Source of the DNA: Phoronis australis
Taxonomy: Eukaryota > Animalia > Phoronida
NCBI GenBank assembly: GCA_002633005.1
Contig: NMRA01000245.1
Location: 248,001 to 312,000 of the forward strand
Direction: 5' to 3'
Length of the DNA: 64,000 nt
Shown: positions 26,318-39,700 of the stretch, in pieces
Numbering within the stretch: position 1 is the stretch's first letter
Layout of the letters: every line of letters starts with the position of its first letter
Notes under the pieces: generated by a model
The model's database searches: none
What the model was told of the DNA's origin: nothing
The model's input: the letters and a program-made list of their open reading frames with translations, nothing else
Made by a program: the position numbers and the translations under genes

Positions 26318-26694
26318 ATGAACTCGTCTAACTTTTCAACACAATCCTGGTATATGGAAGCCGATCTACCAGAAGATGCTGTGATAACATGTTTTGAAAA
26401 CGGACTGGTTTGTTATTTATTTTTCAAATACCATGCATTCCGACGCTTAATGCACAGCTACGTTGCTATTTTTGCATACAAAAAACGAATCAGCAGAGGC
26501 AAAAAAGAGAATTCAAGATAACAAAAGCTATGCTTCAGTTAGTTCTGATCTTCATCATTTGCGTCCTGCCGTCAACATTGTCTAAAACTCCACTGCCTCC
26601 TTTCTTTGAAAACGTACCACTGTGGCTTGCCATTACCAGATATACTGTCATTGCCATATTGTATTTAAACTCAGTGATGAATCCCTTAATTTGA
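26318..26694 (+). pseudogene. Internally deleted rhodopsin-class GPCR pseudogene
   Basis: N-terminal MNSSNFS glycosylation sites, TM1-like ENGLVC, then directly SYVAIF (TM5 end), a frameshift, KREFKITKAML..IFIICVLP (TM6) and LYLNSVMNPLI-stop (broken NPxxY). Confidence 0.7.
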
Positions 26695-27115
26695 CGTAAT
26701 CCGTAAGACCTTACAAAATTTTTGTTTGGGCTTGATTAATGGAAATTCTCAGTAATACAACCAAAACAAGAAATATACTTTGGTGATTCGTTAGAAAAGT
26801 CTATGGCTTGTTCAAAATTTGACCATTGTTCACTTGGTTTTTCTTTCGTATAATAAAGATAATGGCAAGCATTTATCGGTAACGGACTGATGTGCGCCTA
26901 AGATACGATATCCATGCGACTTGTATTGTTATGTCCAACAAAGACGCCACAAAGGAAAGCAACAGAAGTGTCCCATAGGTTATCGCAACTTGTACAATGT
27001 CTTACGACCTCCATACGACGTCATTTCGCATGGGTAATGTCATCATTCGATGAATTCTACGGCGATCAGCAGAACTTCATTTCGCTTATCTAATTAATTT
27101 CAGTTCCAATAGAAA

Positions 27116-27164
27116 TGTTGTTGTTGTTGTTGTTGTTTTTGTTGTTGTTGCTGTTGTTGTTGTT
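27116..27164. repeat. (GTT)n microsatellite
   Basis: About 16 imperfect units. Confidence 0.9.
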
Positions 27165-29245
27165 AATTTCTGTGGATGATGTTGTAATGTCAAGCTTAGT
27201 GTATGTTACAGCTGTTTGTAATACAATTCTGTCGGCCATCAGATGACTCAACAAGGTAAAAATCCCATTGTGTTCATAAGTACAAGGCTGATGACAATAT
27301 TATACAATAAAGGTGAAACGCTATTTTCTATATTTTATCACGGCAGTAAATAATCTATATACAAAGGTAAACTTACGTCGATATGACCTCTATATAAGAT
27401 AACAGGTTGAGGTCCGAAACGCTGCTAAACGATGAAAGTTTCGCCAGATCGTTAAAATGTCAATACTCGCTATCTTACGGTTTTAAGAGAAACTAATGCT
27501 CTGACGATCAACACAGAGGGGGAGGCAGGGAGGGTGGAACTGAGGAGGGAAGGGAGTAAATCAGCTGTAACAAACGCCTTCTGCTATGAAACCGTTGACA
27601 AATTGTTTTTGTGTACATAATGTCGAAAAGCGATTATAATTGCATGAAACAATATAAGAAGATATTTATGTTTGCTGATTTGCCAATAAAGCACACACAA
27701 ACTGACAATAACTTAACAGAGTCTGGGGCCTAATCTTTATACTTGAAATCGATATTTAAGTTATTATATTTGACATTTTCTGCGATATCTAGATAAAAGA
27801 ATACTATCACTTCTTCGGATGCATTATGGTTCACGTCAATGACTGTCTGATGGTATTTTGCACTTGATGACCCTTGCACACAAGTACAATTTCCAGTGAA
27901 ATCTCGAATTGGTGGTCATCAAGTGCGAACTTGGACTACACAGCTATCTGCAGGAGTCGTAATATTATCGAGTACAGAATTATAAACACTTATCATGAGT
28001 TCACACAAAACTAGAATGGAAATGAGAAATAAATTTCGGGCCCATAAGTGACCTTAATTTGAAGACACAGTCACATTTCGCTTCAATGGTATGTCTTAGG
28101 TACGTTACCAAAGAAGTTCTAAATAACTTTTAAAGTATTAATACTTAAACAAGAAAATTGTACTTTTAAATCTTTTATGTGCGCTAAAGGAATAACCAGA
28201 TGTCCAGATCACATGATTACGTATTTTTCTAAAACCAGTGATTTCTCACAAAGATCGACAAATTTTCCACAAAACAAACTTTTCACACGAGACCTAAGAG
28301 TTTAGTTTCCTTATTCCATTAGCTAAAAAATCGTATCTAGGATTTTTTAGCCCGAGCGCTCTACTGTCACAAACCAAGACTTGAATCCGTCAAGGAATGT
28401 TGACGCCTTCATTTTAGACACCGACGTTCTAAAGCTAAAAGGCACTGAAAGAAAATCCCAGACACAGTTTTTGTAGCTAACAAAATCAAGAAACAAAATT
28501 TGCAAGTTTTCACGCATAAATCACGTTTGTTGTGAAAATTACAACGATATAAGTGGAAACTGTAATCATTTTGAACATCCGGGCATTAATTTGTAAGTGG
28601 ATCAATTTAAAGATTTGGTGTTCTTCAAGGATTTTAAAAGTATTTAGTTTTTATGGGTCTACAATAAATAAGAACCTAACAAATCAGCTCTGGAATCTCA
28701 AAATGTAACGAATGAGCTACAAGAAGCATACGTGAGAGTGACCTGCTCGGAAAAGATTGTGAACACACGTGCAGACTTTACACTAATCTTCATAATGTTG
28801 TAGTATTGACCCAAATGTTGCAAAGACGAAACATGTCATACTACTACTTCACATAGACATCCGTGCGAATTGTTGGAGAAAATTAATTACCAGTCAAATG
28901 CTTAGGAAAGAGTATAGGCGTAAGAAAAGGATTCGCGTAACTTTTCACATGGTTGGCAGGCTGTAGCTTAGTTTGAAAGTTGGATATAATTATTTTCGAC
29001 CGATTGCGAGAGACACGTACGTTCCTCGTGAACAGCTGATTCTGTCAAGCTTGTAGAATAGCCAATGGCCGTCGCACCGTCACGCAATTATTTGTTGCGA
29101 GTACGTGATTGGTTAATGAACATGAACGTTATAAAAACAATGCGATGACGTGTTCAAGTTTTGTTGTCACACATTAAAAGGGATACACCGTTAGGACAAG
29201 TGAAGAGTATATAGGGGTTGGCAAACGAGGAAAATCACACGTTCA

Positions 29246-32200
29246 ATGAAGCTACATCTTACGAGAGAGCTCTCGTTGTCAAAACAGAGTTCGTGCCGTG
29301 CTGTGGTGGCCAGCACGTCGACAGAAAACGGCGATACGCCAAATTCCCAGACATTATCTGGGGAGTCCGATATCATGAAGCCAGGGGTTATCTCCACACC
29401 TTTTGATACCCAGAGGAGGGCGGGTGTTTGCAAAGAAACTGAAGAAGTAAAGAATTATTTGAAAAGAATTGAAGACTTGACGGAGGAAAATCGCAAGATG
29501 AAATCTGAAATGGAAATTGTCCAGAAAGACAGGGACGCAAAGAAACGTCAACTTAGAGCTTGTCGAAACAAGTCTCGTGAGTGTGTTAGCTATTTCACCT
29601 TCTGATTGTCTCGGATGATACGCTCGGCTGAGAAACCAGACGTTCATCAGAACTTTTCTTATAAATGTCACTTATCACGCCGGTAAATTTATTGAAAGAT
29701 CCTTGATACTGTGAGGACGCGGATGTAGACGACGAACATGAAATTCAACTCCTAGTATTGAAAAATTGCATAACGATAAAAGAACTCATAGACAAACATT
29801 TTGCTTAAATGTTTAAATTACTATCGTCCATTAACTTGTCTACATTTCTACATTTTTCAGAGGGTTTACGGGAGAAGCTCGACGAATGTAGAAAGGATAT
29901 GGACCTGATGCATAAACGTTCACTTGAAAATTATGGTAAGTTGCATGTAGCGACTTGCCCGCGAAGTACAAGGTGTTGACGTAATGGGTCACGTGAATTA
30001 AATTTGCCCTAGCACTTTTCATTGGTGCACATTGATGTATCCTGTACTCTCGAACATAGGGCCTACTTGTTTCATTTTTTTCTATAGTTTCGAAAGATAT
30101 TCATCAGTTAAATGTTTGCAACCTTGTTCACATTTTCTTTTGTAGATGAAGTTGTACTTAAATTTGAAGAAGAACATCAAAAAGTTCAAGGACTGCAAAT
30201 GACGCTGGCGTTGACGCAAGAAAGGTTGGAGGAGCAGACAACAATTATTGAGCAAATGCGCACAGGTATCTGATTGGTTACTGTGTGTAATCTACGCGTG
30301 CGTAACTATGGTGATCCAGCTAATTGGGGTGACGAACAGTTGATACAAACGCACGTTAGTGATTCTAATCAAGTCGAAATTTCAACACAAAATCTATTTC
30401 GACATACCGTATAGTAAAAAGTGCGCTTTCATAAAAATGTGCTATACATTCGATTTTTGAGCACGTGTGTCTCCGCACATTTTAAGTCATTTCAAATCAA
30501 TTAAAATCTCGTCCGCACAAAACATTAATTATAGATTCTGTGTTTTTTTTGCACGAACAAGGCGTCGAACATTATATAACTCCATGCTAGACTTGATGAC
30601 TGTCTCATGAAATGCGCGGTTCTACCCACGACCATTCTTGTATGTAAATCTGCTAATCCCAGACGCGTTTCGCTGTTTTTGCGTAGCTCCGCCAGAAACT
30701 CTCCGTTCATTAATGTGTAAATTTCCTACGCAGATGGTGCCGCTAAATTCGAAGAACGCCTGGAAGAAAAGTGTGAGCTTCAGGTGGCGTTGGCGACGAT
30801 GACTCGTGAAAAGCATAGTGAGCTGATTGTAAGAGAAGAGCGAACACGCACAGGTACATTACTTATTTATGCATCTCACTAAAATGCATACTGGTGTGTA
30901 GCACTTCGTTTTTCCATGATAAAATGAATGTTGGAATCGTTGTCTATTACAAAATACAAAAAAGACGTCAATTGCTCAAGTGCATTCATTATATGTGAAA
31001 CTGTGAATTTGAAAATTGGGTCAACTTCAATGGTAGTTGGTGGTTGAAGAGACATTGAAGTAATTTTGTATCGAATTATGATTATATCCTGTTGTTTTTG
31101 ATCGAGGTGTGTGTAACTTGGGAAATATAGTGATTAAAACGAGATATTTCCCTGCAGGGGAGCTCGTCTCGCAAACAAGAGTCAACAACAAATTGACTGG
31201 AGATACTAAATCCGTGTTAGTCGAAGAAAAAGGCCAGTGTCGAGCTACAGACACCACAGACGATGAGAATAGTAAACGCCTGCAACAAACAAATGGCTTC
31301 CACTTAGCTTTGAGAAAGAACATGGAGAGAGTTGGCAAGATGTCCGATCATTTAGCTACCCTCACCCAGTCGGTTGAAGAACTGATACCTGAGTTGTTCT
31401 CAATGTCCAAGAAGTGCGAAGTTCAGCAAAACCTCATTGCTGCGCTAGTAGCGAAAAATGCTGTCTTAGAAGCGGACATGTCATCTCTTGCTTTGGAAAA
31501 AGTTGCGGACGAAAAAGGTCGCAAGTTTTTGTTAGCAGCCACCGTTATTTGTGCGTTATGTAAAGACATGGAACTCAAGCAATCAAACGACGTGATTCGT
31601 CGCTTGAACCACGAGCTGGGACACTTAAAACAAAATCAAATAGAGCTTGAGAAGGAAAATCTAAGAAAAGATTACGTCATCGAGACGCTCCAGAAGTGTC
31701 AATTTGAAACGATTCTTCAAAAACTTAAGGAGCTCAAGCCTAATGCCATCGTTAGAGAATGGGACTCAACTGAAAGGTGCGAGAAAATAAATCACCTAGT
31801 CAATGAATTAGCTGAGCAGAAGCGCCACGCGAATGGCTTACAAGAAGAACTTGAATTGCGCTCTCGAGAAATTAACGAACTAAGCCAGAGCCAGCACGTA
31901 CAAAGCGTACAAATAGAGAAATATGTCAGTACCATTATGTGCCTGAAAGAGGAAAATTGTCAACTGAAGTCCCGGATGGAGACTCTTCAGGAACATAGTG
32001 AAGGACTGGATCGGCAAATTGGAATTTTGCGAGAGACGGCGAGTAAGTTACACATGAACTTGTTCGGTGTTTATAGCACGAGTTAATGCATTTTCCAATT
32101 AATACAATCGTTCTATATTGAACACTGGCAATACTAATACGTAAACCCTGAGCACATAAAACAATAAAAAATAAAGATCGGCCCCACACGCAAAACTCAG

Positions 32201-32413
32201 GAGCGTTTTAAAAACTTGCTATGTGAAAGCATGTAATTGCACACAAGTGCTACAACGGTGACGAAATGGTTTGGAATTCGATGTATTATTGAATCCATTC
32301 TATACTTTATCAGACAGAAGTGTGACAATTAAACCGTTATTTCAGGAGACTTCCAGCTCAAACTTGAAAGAACCAGAATGGATATGAAGGCGATGCATAA
32401 AACATCTCCATAA
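29246..32413 (+). CDS. Uncharacterised coiled-coil protein, copy B; exons 29246-29576, 29861-29935, 30146-30265, 30734-30853, 31158-32042, 32346-32413
   Basis: Intact frame across six GT/AG exons (~530 aa), stop TAA at 32411; same exon structure as copy A. Confidence 0.7.
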
Positions 32414-32740
32414 CGTCCTTCAGGAAACATGGCACGCCGAAACATAGTAAGTACTGTCACGAGTTTTTGAAGTTTAAAACACTAAGGAATTAACTAAACG
32501 CCTTTCCTACACAGTTCAGAGGTACACCCATACGTTTGAACGCAAATACAAGCACAACTCAGACGTGTACGCTTACTGCAGCGGTTCAAATTTTCCCCAC
32601 GCGTAAATGATTTGGTTAATCAGTCCCCGCGGAACCCAGTGTCTATCCTGCATGCGTTAAGGACATCCGGGCATTCACTGAATACTGGGCCCGAATGCAG
32701 AAATTGAGGTGAGACATCGCTAAAATGCAAGACTGCGTTG

Positions 32741-32887
32741 GCAGGGCGGATCCAGGATTTTGAGTTAGGGGGAGCCAGACAGAGTATCAGCCAGGATTTT
32801 GCCCGTCAGAAATTCGCACCCTCGAACTGTCAAATGGAATCTGGGAGAATTTTAGTGGGACCATGGCCCCCCTTAACTCTGCCACTG
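32741..32887. mobile_element. CAGGGCGGATCCAGGATTT-type MITE; second copy at ~33812-33927, fragment end at ~57775-57822
   Basis: gggcggatccaggattttgagttaggg ... ccccttaactctgccactg termini; absent from paralogous copy A. Confidence 0.65.
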
Positions 32888-35800
32888 GTTACTGAACTCT
32901 ACCCAGACAGACTCTCTTCTGCTACACGCACAAGCATATCTCTGAACATTCCAACTATGTCGGCTTGACTCAATTATTTTTTTCTTTTTAGTCAGTTTAG
33001 TAACTTCGTAATTCCCCGAGTTACAAATCTGCGGTGCCATCTAGTGAGATGTTTATGTAAAACGGATGAAACCGTTTCCTTCCAGGGGAAATGCCGACTG
33101 CGGCTGAAAGTGTTGCATCAACTACGTCATCGGTCCAAACCTTTTCGTATCGTTCGGCGGCTTGAGAGCGCACAAGAAACCGGCTTAGCGCAAGAGAGAA
33201 TTTGTACTAGGATTTTCTATTATTTGTTGTTACGGACATTTACTTGATTTGTCCAATAAATGTTTGAATATTATTACGATTCCATGTCAATATATCGTTC
33301 AAAAATATCTCGTTGTAAAGCAAGATGAATACCCTCAACTGGACGCCAACCAGTCAACACTTATTCATGCACGATGTGGACCGTTTATGATCGACACGTG
33401 TCCCTAATAAAACATTTAAATAAATTGTGTCGGAAGCTCGTTCACAGAGATGAAGAGACCGAGGTAGGCGATATGACGTCATTTATTGTGACGAAATAAA
33501 ATTAGAAGGAATGCGATAGAGCGGAATACAAAATAAATAAGTAAAAAATCAATGACCTGTGGTATGATAAACAATAGAAAGCGCCACCAGAGATCTTGTG
33601 AGACAGTTCCTCATTCGTTTTTCCTTTTGCTTGTTTTTTTGGTTTACGGTGAAAGTCTTTTCTCCATTCCGGCATAAACGACCAAAACGCCACACCTTAA
33701 AGGGGCAGTATCGATTTTACAGCAGAAAAACAAATTTTTGGGAGTTGTTCCCTGGGATAGCACTTTTCAAGTTGTGGATATAAGCTTTCACCAGAGACAT
33801 AAAATAACAAAACGGGCGGATCCAGGATTTTGAGTTAGGGCGGGGGATGCAGGGCAGCAGCCATGATTTTGCTCGTCAAACATCCGCCTCCCCGCAGAAT
33901 CTGGGCCCCCTCTAATTTCGCCTCTGCATAAGAAGTCGTCAGTTCTCGCTCTTTGTTGAGGTGTCTGTCAATACATTCGCAGTGGCGGCTCAGATTTTCA
34001 CCCATTGCCTCCCAGGGTTCGACTCGCTCGCGCTGTCGTGCTCAAACGTACTTGAGACCTTCAACTGTGCACAGCGTGAAAACAGGCATTTTTTAAAACG
34101 CCTGTTTCCACTTAAAAGTTCGGTACCACAAAGCTTTGCTTTTCACAGTCGTAAGTAGTATTTTAAACCACTGAATGAATATAGACAAAGGTCAATTTTC
34201 TCCTATAAAGACTCGGTAACTCAGAAATTAGTCCACGCACTCATGGCGGGCCGGAGCCCCGGCGACCACCTGATGGCCCGGGCCCAAGCGGTAGAACCAG
34301 TATTGAACCATGTTTTTATCTAGACAAACAAAACGCATCTCAAAATTTTGTTACCCAGGCACTATGAAAAATTATCATAAGCCAACAACAGTGAGTCAGT
34401 TCTATAAGCGACTCCGTTACTGTGATCTCAGAGAGGTTTTCTGTCATGTTGAGTTAATACAAAGCACAGAAACTTTGAACGGATATGGGACACACGAGGA
34501 CGGTGGATACTGGATGAAACTATAGTGTGCTTGGAAATGCCCCCGTGGCGGTCTACTGTTTTCGCCGCAGCAAAATTTAAGACTCATCCTCATTATTTTA
34601 ATGTGCGAATTAACGACGGCAGCTAGGGATCGTCTTAATTAATTACGAAAAATGTGGAATTTATACTACTTCTGGTTACGTTGAGAGCTATCTCCAGTTG
34701 TTCCGTTAAAATACACGCAACTCGTAAAGCATCGTCTTAAGTCACTTATCACACGAGAGGAAGAAGTTGAGAGGATTTTATTGCCATCGGTGGTCGGTAT
34801 AACTCAAGCCGTTTTTCCACGCGTCACGGGTTTGTAACCGCTAACTGAGGAGAGTGTGACCGTCTTCCCGGCTGTGTAAGTTCAAAACATTCAGTAGTAT
34901 TCTCGGCCGGCGCAACATCTTGCTCGAGAACAACTTGCCCCGTAAGCCGAGAGTCTACACAACCTACAGCACGAAGCGACAAATGTCACGAAAAAAATTA
35001 CACACTCCTATGTCTATAACCATAGTCCAATTCTATTGTGCAACTCAGCGAGTGCACAGCCGTCTTCTGAGCAGATTTGTGTGCACACTATACGACTTGC
35101 GCTAAGGCAAATCTACCTCGACCGGGGAAATTTGTTTGTGTCAGACAGGGGTTGCATCCGCCGATTTAGCGTTTGCATTAGAAACTGCTCGACGTTTATT
35201 AGTCCCGTTCGAAAAACTAACCACATCCCATTGTTGTGCAGTTTTGCCACACTTTCAATCAAAATAGTGAAAGGTTTGTTACTAATTCTCAGACATTTTA
35301 AAAAATCAACTTTCAATAAAAAACTTTCGCTTCTTTCAATTTTTGTCTACACTGTACACGATTTTGATAATGGCAGCTACGCCCTAGTCATGGTTTTTGT
35401 TTCCTCACTACTCCAACACCATTGTTTGCCACAGGCATGTCCCAAACGATTTCATTTGAACAGGCAAGTCACTAAGCATAGAATATGAAAAAGTGCTTCC
35501 CTGCTTAATAACCCAATGCAGCGCCATCTACCAGAACCCTCGTTTTAGTTCATCTTTTGTGGTGGAAATCTTTTTTAATAAAACAGTAAGGTTTTCTAAC
35601 ATATCATGATACAGCCATAGACACAATAAATGATGGATTCAATATGAACATTCTAAAGCACCAACTCAATTTATCTCAGTTTCAAGTAAGCTGTATTGGC
35701 TTCACCTAATCAGCAATGCATCCAACTCGAAATGAATACTTCACACATGGTCACCATCCTTTGGATGTGTTTTGTTTGGAAAAGAAACCAACAATCAATG

Positions 35801-36785
35801 AGGTCAAGTTTGCTTTCTGCTACAAGCGTTTTCTTGACAGTCCACTAGCATAGTATATTGGTCTCCATAACAATTTTACACTAATTACAACCTTATGTAA
35901 CTACATATAATACAAAACAGATGTACAGTATATGTCTAAAGTCAAGGTGAAATCTTGGAAATGTACAACAAACAAAACTAAGCTGAAATACTTACAAATG
36001 AACAATATACATCATTAAATGTCTGTATCTGAAGGTTAATACTTGGACACAAAACAAGAAAGATGTTGCGGAACATTTCGTCCCTTCAGCATGCCATTTC
36101 ACGTGACAAATAAAGATATTAAAATGTTCAACAGAATAAAACATCAGAAACAACCTCCACATTGTAATTTCTACACGGAGATACAATTTCAGTCCCCAGT
36201 CTTGTACAAAGGACGCATGACTTCAAAAGTACAAAAATACCAATATTCTAAACAGTTAACATACGAACACCTTAGATATTCAGTCAGCGTTGACAAACCC
36301 TTGGACAACACCACTTCAAACAAACGACAATACCAATCTATTTAATGCATGATAATGGATGACAATAAACATACTTTTTCATGAAGTGTCAAAAATTTTA
36401 CCAAAGACTTGATAACAACAATCTTGACAACTTGTAGTTTTGAGACTGTTTTGTTGAGATCGCCAATTCTCTGAACGAGACTTCCTTTCTAGTCAAACCT
36501 CAAAACCATACAGTGGGTCTAAGCAGCAATATATACATGGCTAGTACCAAATATTGTTCCTTTATCATGCTGGTCCTCTTGGGCAGGTCTAAAAACATTT
36601 CATAGCCTATTGGTGTCCATCTAAAGCACCTGGGCATTCATTTCTCAACCCAAACTCTTGATTCCACATCATTCTAACCCATGCCATCAGTCAAGCTGCA
36701 CTCCACATTTCAACATCACACTCAAGATGTGTAAGAAAGTAGACATTATGTAGTGCTTTTTTAAACGATACATTGTACTGTGGAA

Positions 36786-39700
36786 CTAGATATCCTTCAT
36801 CGACTCCCTCTTTTGGAAGTGTCGATAGAGTGAGCTTGGCACGACCTCCACACGACCAGGCGAGGCCAGCATACACTCTATTGGTGGTTTCATCTGCATC
36901 TCCAGTACCTCCATCACACGCAAGCAGGCATCGTGGAGTGTGTTAGACACGTTGAGCAGTGAGAGAGAGCGTGCGTTCCCCGCGTTACCACTCTCCACTT
37001 GCACTGCCAGGAGGGTGTCGCGTGGTGTTAGTTGTGTGCCGGTGTTGCGGCGCCGGTCACACAAGTAATCGTACAGTTTGGTTACGTACATGTTAGTCAC
37101 GATGTACATTTCTTCCTGAGTCATGTTGGACGTGACACGAATCATGCGTGGTTCGTTAAAGAGGCTCTGTTGGGGGTAGGTGCCATCACGAAACGCATCT
37201 GTCAACAGCTCCCGGCTGAACTTGACCATGTTGCCAGCACGGACGCACGCCGTCAGCAGGCAGCGACGAGTCTGGCTGTCCGGCCGCAAGACAGTGGTCA
37301 CAGAGTGACACTTGTAGACAGAGAGTGCACACTCAAGATGGCCACCCTCGAGTGCTTGCAGCTGAAGCTTATTGTAGAACCATGGTACATCTGGAAATGC
37401 ACAAAAATACAATTGAAAAGCAAATAAATGAGAAACAACAGAAGCACGTTCCTAGACTTTTGATAGAATTCTAAACAGCAAAAATTGTTTCAATCTCAAC
37501 AAAAAAGTGGAAATATCATAGAACTATGATAGTAAAAAGGTTGACGAGACATTATTTATTATATAGCTTACCTATGACATCATCATAATCAAAGACGACT
37601 TGTTTTTCTGTAAAACAAAGAAGACGAAGTTCTGAATTACTTGAGCACATCTATAACTTTGCAGTGAAGAACCTTTACATTATCCTATACTGTATGAAAA
37701 CTCCTTTGTAACAGTGCAAATGATCTTTTACGGCAACTATTACGTGCAGTGAACTTCATAATTCAACACAATTTTGGGTTACTGGCCTTGGCTATAACAT
37801 AACACTCAAACATTGAACCTGTTACATACTTCGTACACCTTTGAATAGACATTTAGTGCAATAAGAATCGGGGTAAACTTTTGTCTCACTTCCATTGGTG
37901 TCCTGATGCTAACCTGTTGCAGCAGAAATCCATTTGAGGTTTGTAAGACCTCATGCTAGTTTTCCACATGCAGGGATAGAGATCTTATGCAAGGATATGC
38001 AACATGATCGTGATTTTTCACACTATTCAAAAACAGCAAGTGGTCTATTGGCAAAATATCATGACCAGTAAGAAGTACTGCATTGAGCTTCCAGTGAGTT
38101 GTTTGAAGATGTGTTAGGTGGCCACTAACAGGTGGCACTGAATATGATGCGTCTCGGGCCACTAGACATATAGAATGATTATAGCACGTCTGTTGAGTGT
38201 ATGACGATCACTTGGACCGAATGCCAACACAATCCCTCCAACTACGTTTCAGTATCTGTAAAATTTTCCTAGGTTGACTATCCTTTTTTCAGAATTGTAT
38301 CTTGAGTATTAACCAACACAAATCAGTGATGTCATTATCAGCTGGCTGATAATGAAGTTCTGGGTTAGGCATTATGGTTCAGATAACAGACAGAGAGGCC
38401 AAGGCCAGCAAATCCATCCACTCAACACACACACATATTCTCTCAAACTTCCAATTGACCAGGGAGATGAATCGGCCCAGTTAATGTTGCCAAGTTGTGG
38501 AAACCAACAAACTTTTAGTGGCAGGATTACTGAAGGAACGCAATCACTTTTGACCTACTCTTCATCACAGTTAGGTGATATACATATTCCTCAACAACCC
38601 TTCATCGATATACATACGGCCTAAGTCTGTATTTGATCTCCATCCTATTAGTGTGATAAGGTGATCCTTTTAAATCCCCACATACATCACCAGTTGGAGT
38701 GTGACCAAAGCTGGAGTCAAGATGGAATGGACGTGGCTGGTGCTAACACTAATGGTAGCTATACCGCTTCTATCATGCGCCGATGCCATTGGTTGTCCAG
38801 TACAATGTACCTGCCATGGCGCAGGCTCGCCATTTCATTCTGTAGAGTGTAACCTGAACAACGGAACCATTGCGACCAGCAGCATTCCAAGTTGTGAAAC
38901 GCTCATTATCAAACGCTTTCAAACAGCTGTGCTCAGACAACAGGATTTACCACAACTAGACCGAGTCATTTACCTGGAACTATGGTACTGTAATATAACA
39001 CAGATTGAACCAAGTGCATTTGATGGTTTGATCAATTTGAAAAGTTTGCGAATACGTGACAGTTGGATGCCAGAGTATGTGGACAACAAACTGTGGAATG
39101 GTAATCCAAACAGTACTCACAGAGTAACGCAGGAAGCTCCAAATAGAAATACCACGTCGCCCACATCAACAACAGGGCAGGAAATACCAAATGGTAATGC
39201 CACATCACTTACACCAAAGCCAGCACCAACAATGGTACCACCACCGTCTCCAAGCAAAACTCAGAGGACAAAATCATTGCCGACAACATGGACGTCTAAA
39301 ATAACAACAGATCTCACCGTGTCGTCAACCCCAAAACCAACACCAACATTACTGTTACTTTTAACAGGAACCCAGACATCACCAATGGCGACAAAAACAA
39401 GGACAAAAATATCAACAGCAGATACCCTTAATGTGCAGCAAAGCGGACTTACTACTACACAGACAGCACGAACAGAGGACCTGAATGAAGAGATAATGGG
39501 TTTGATCTTCATAACCAGTTGTATCTTTGCCGTGTGTATCATAATGGGCATGATCTTGTTGATTGTGTATCTGATCCGGCGGCAGCCAGAGGGAACCAAT
39601 CAAATTGGTAATGACGACAGGTCTGAAACCGAGGCAGAAGAAGATGAAGAGACGAGCAGAGAAGATGCTGGCCAGATATCAGATGTCTATGTGGTCCCGA

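Larger units (their letters stand above)
28190..33790 (+). repeat. Segmental duplication copy B
   Basis: Colinear with 10500-15600, plus private insertions (~30430-30600, ~32720-32890). Confidence 0.85.
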
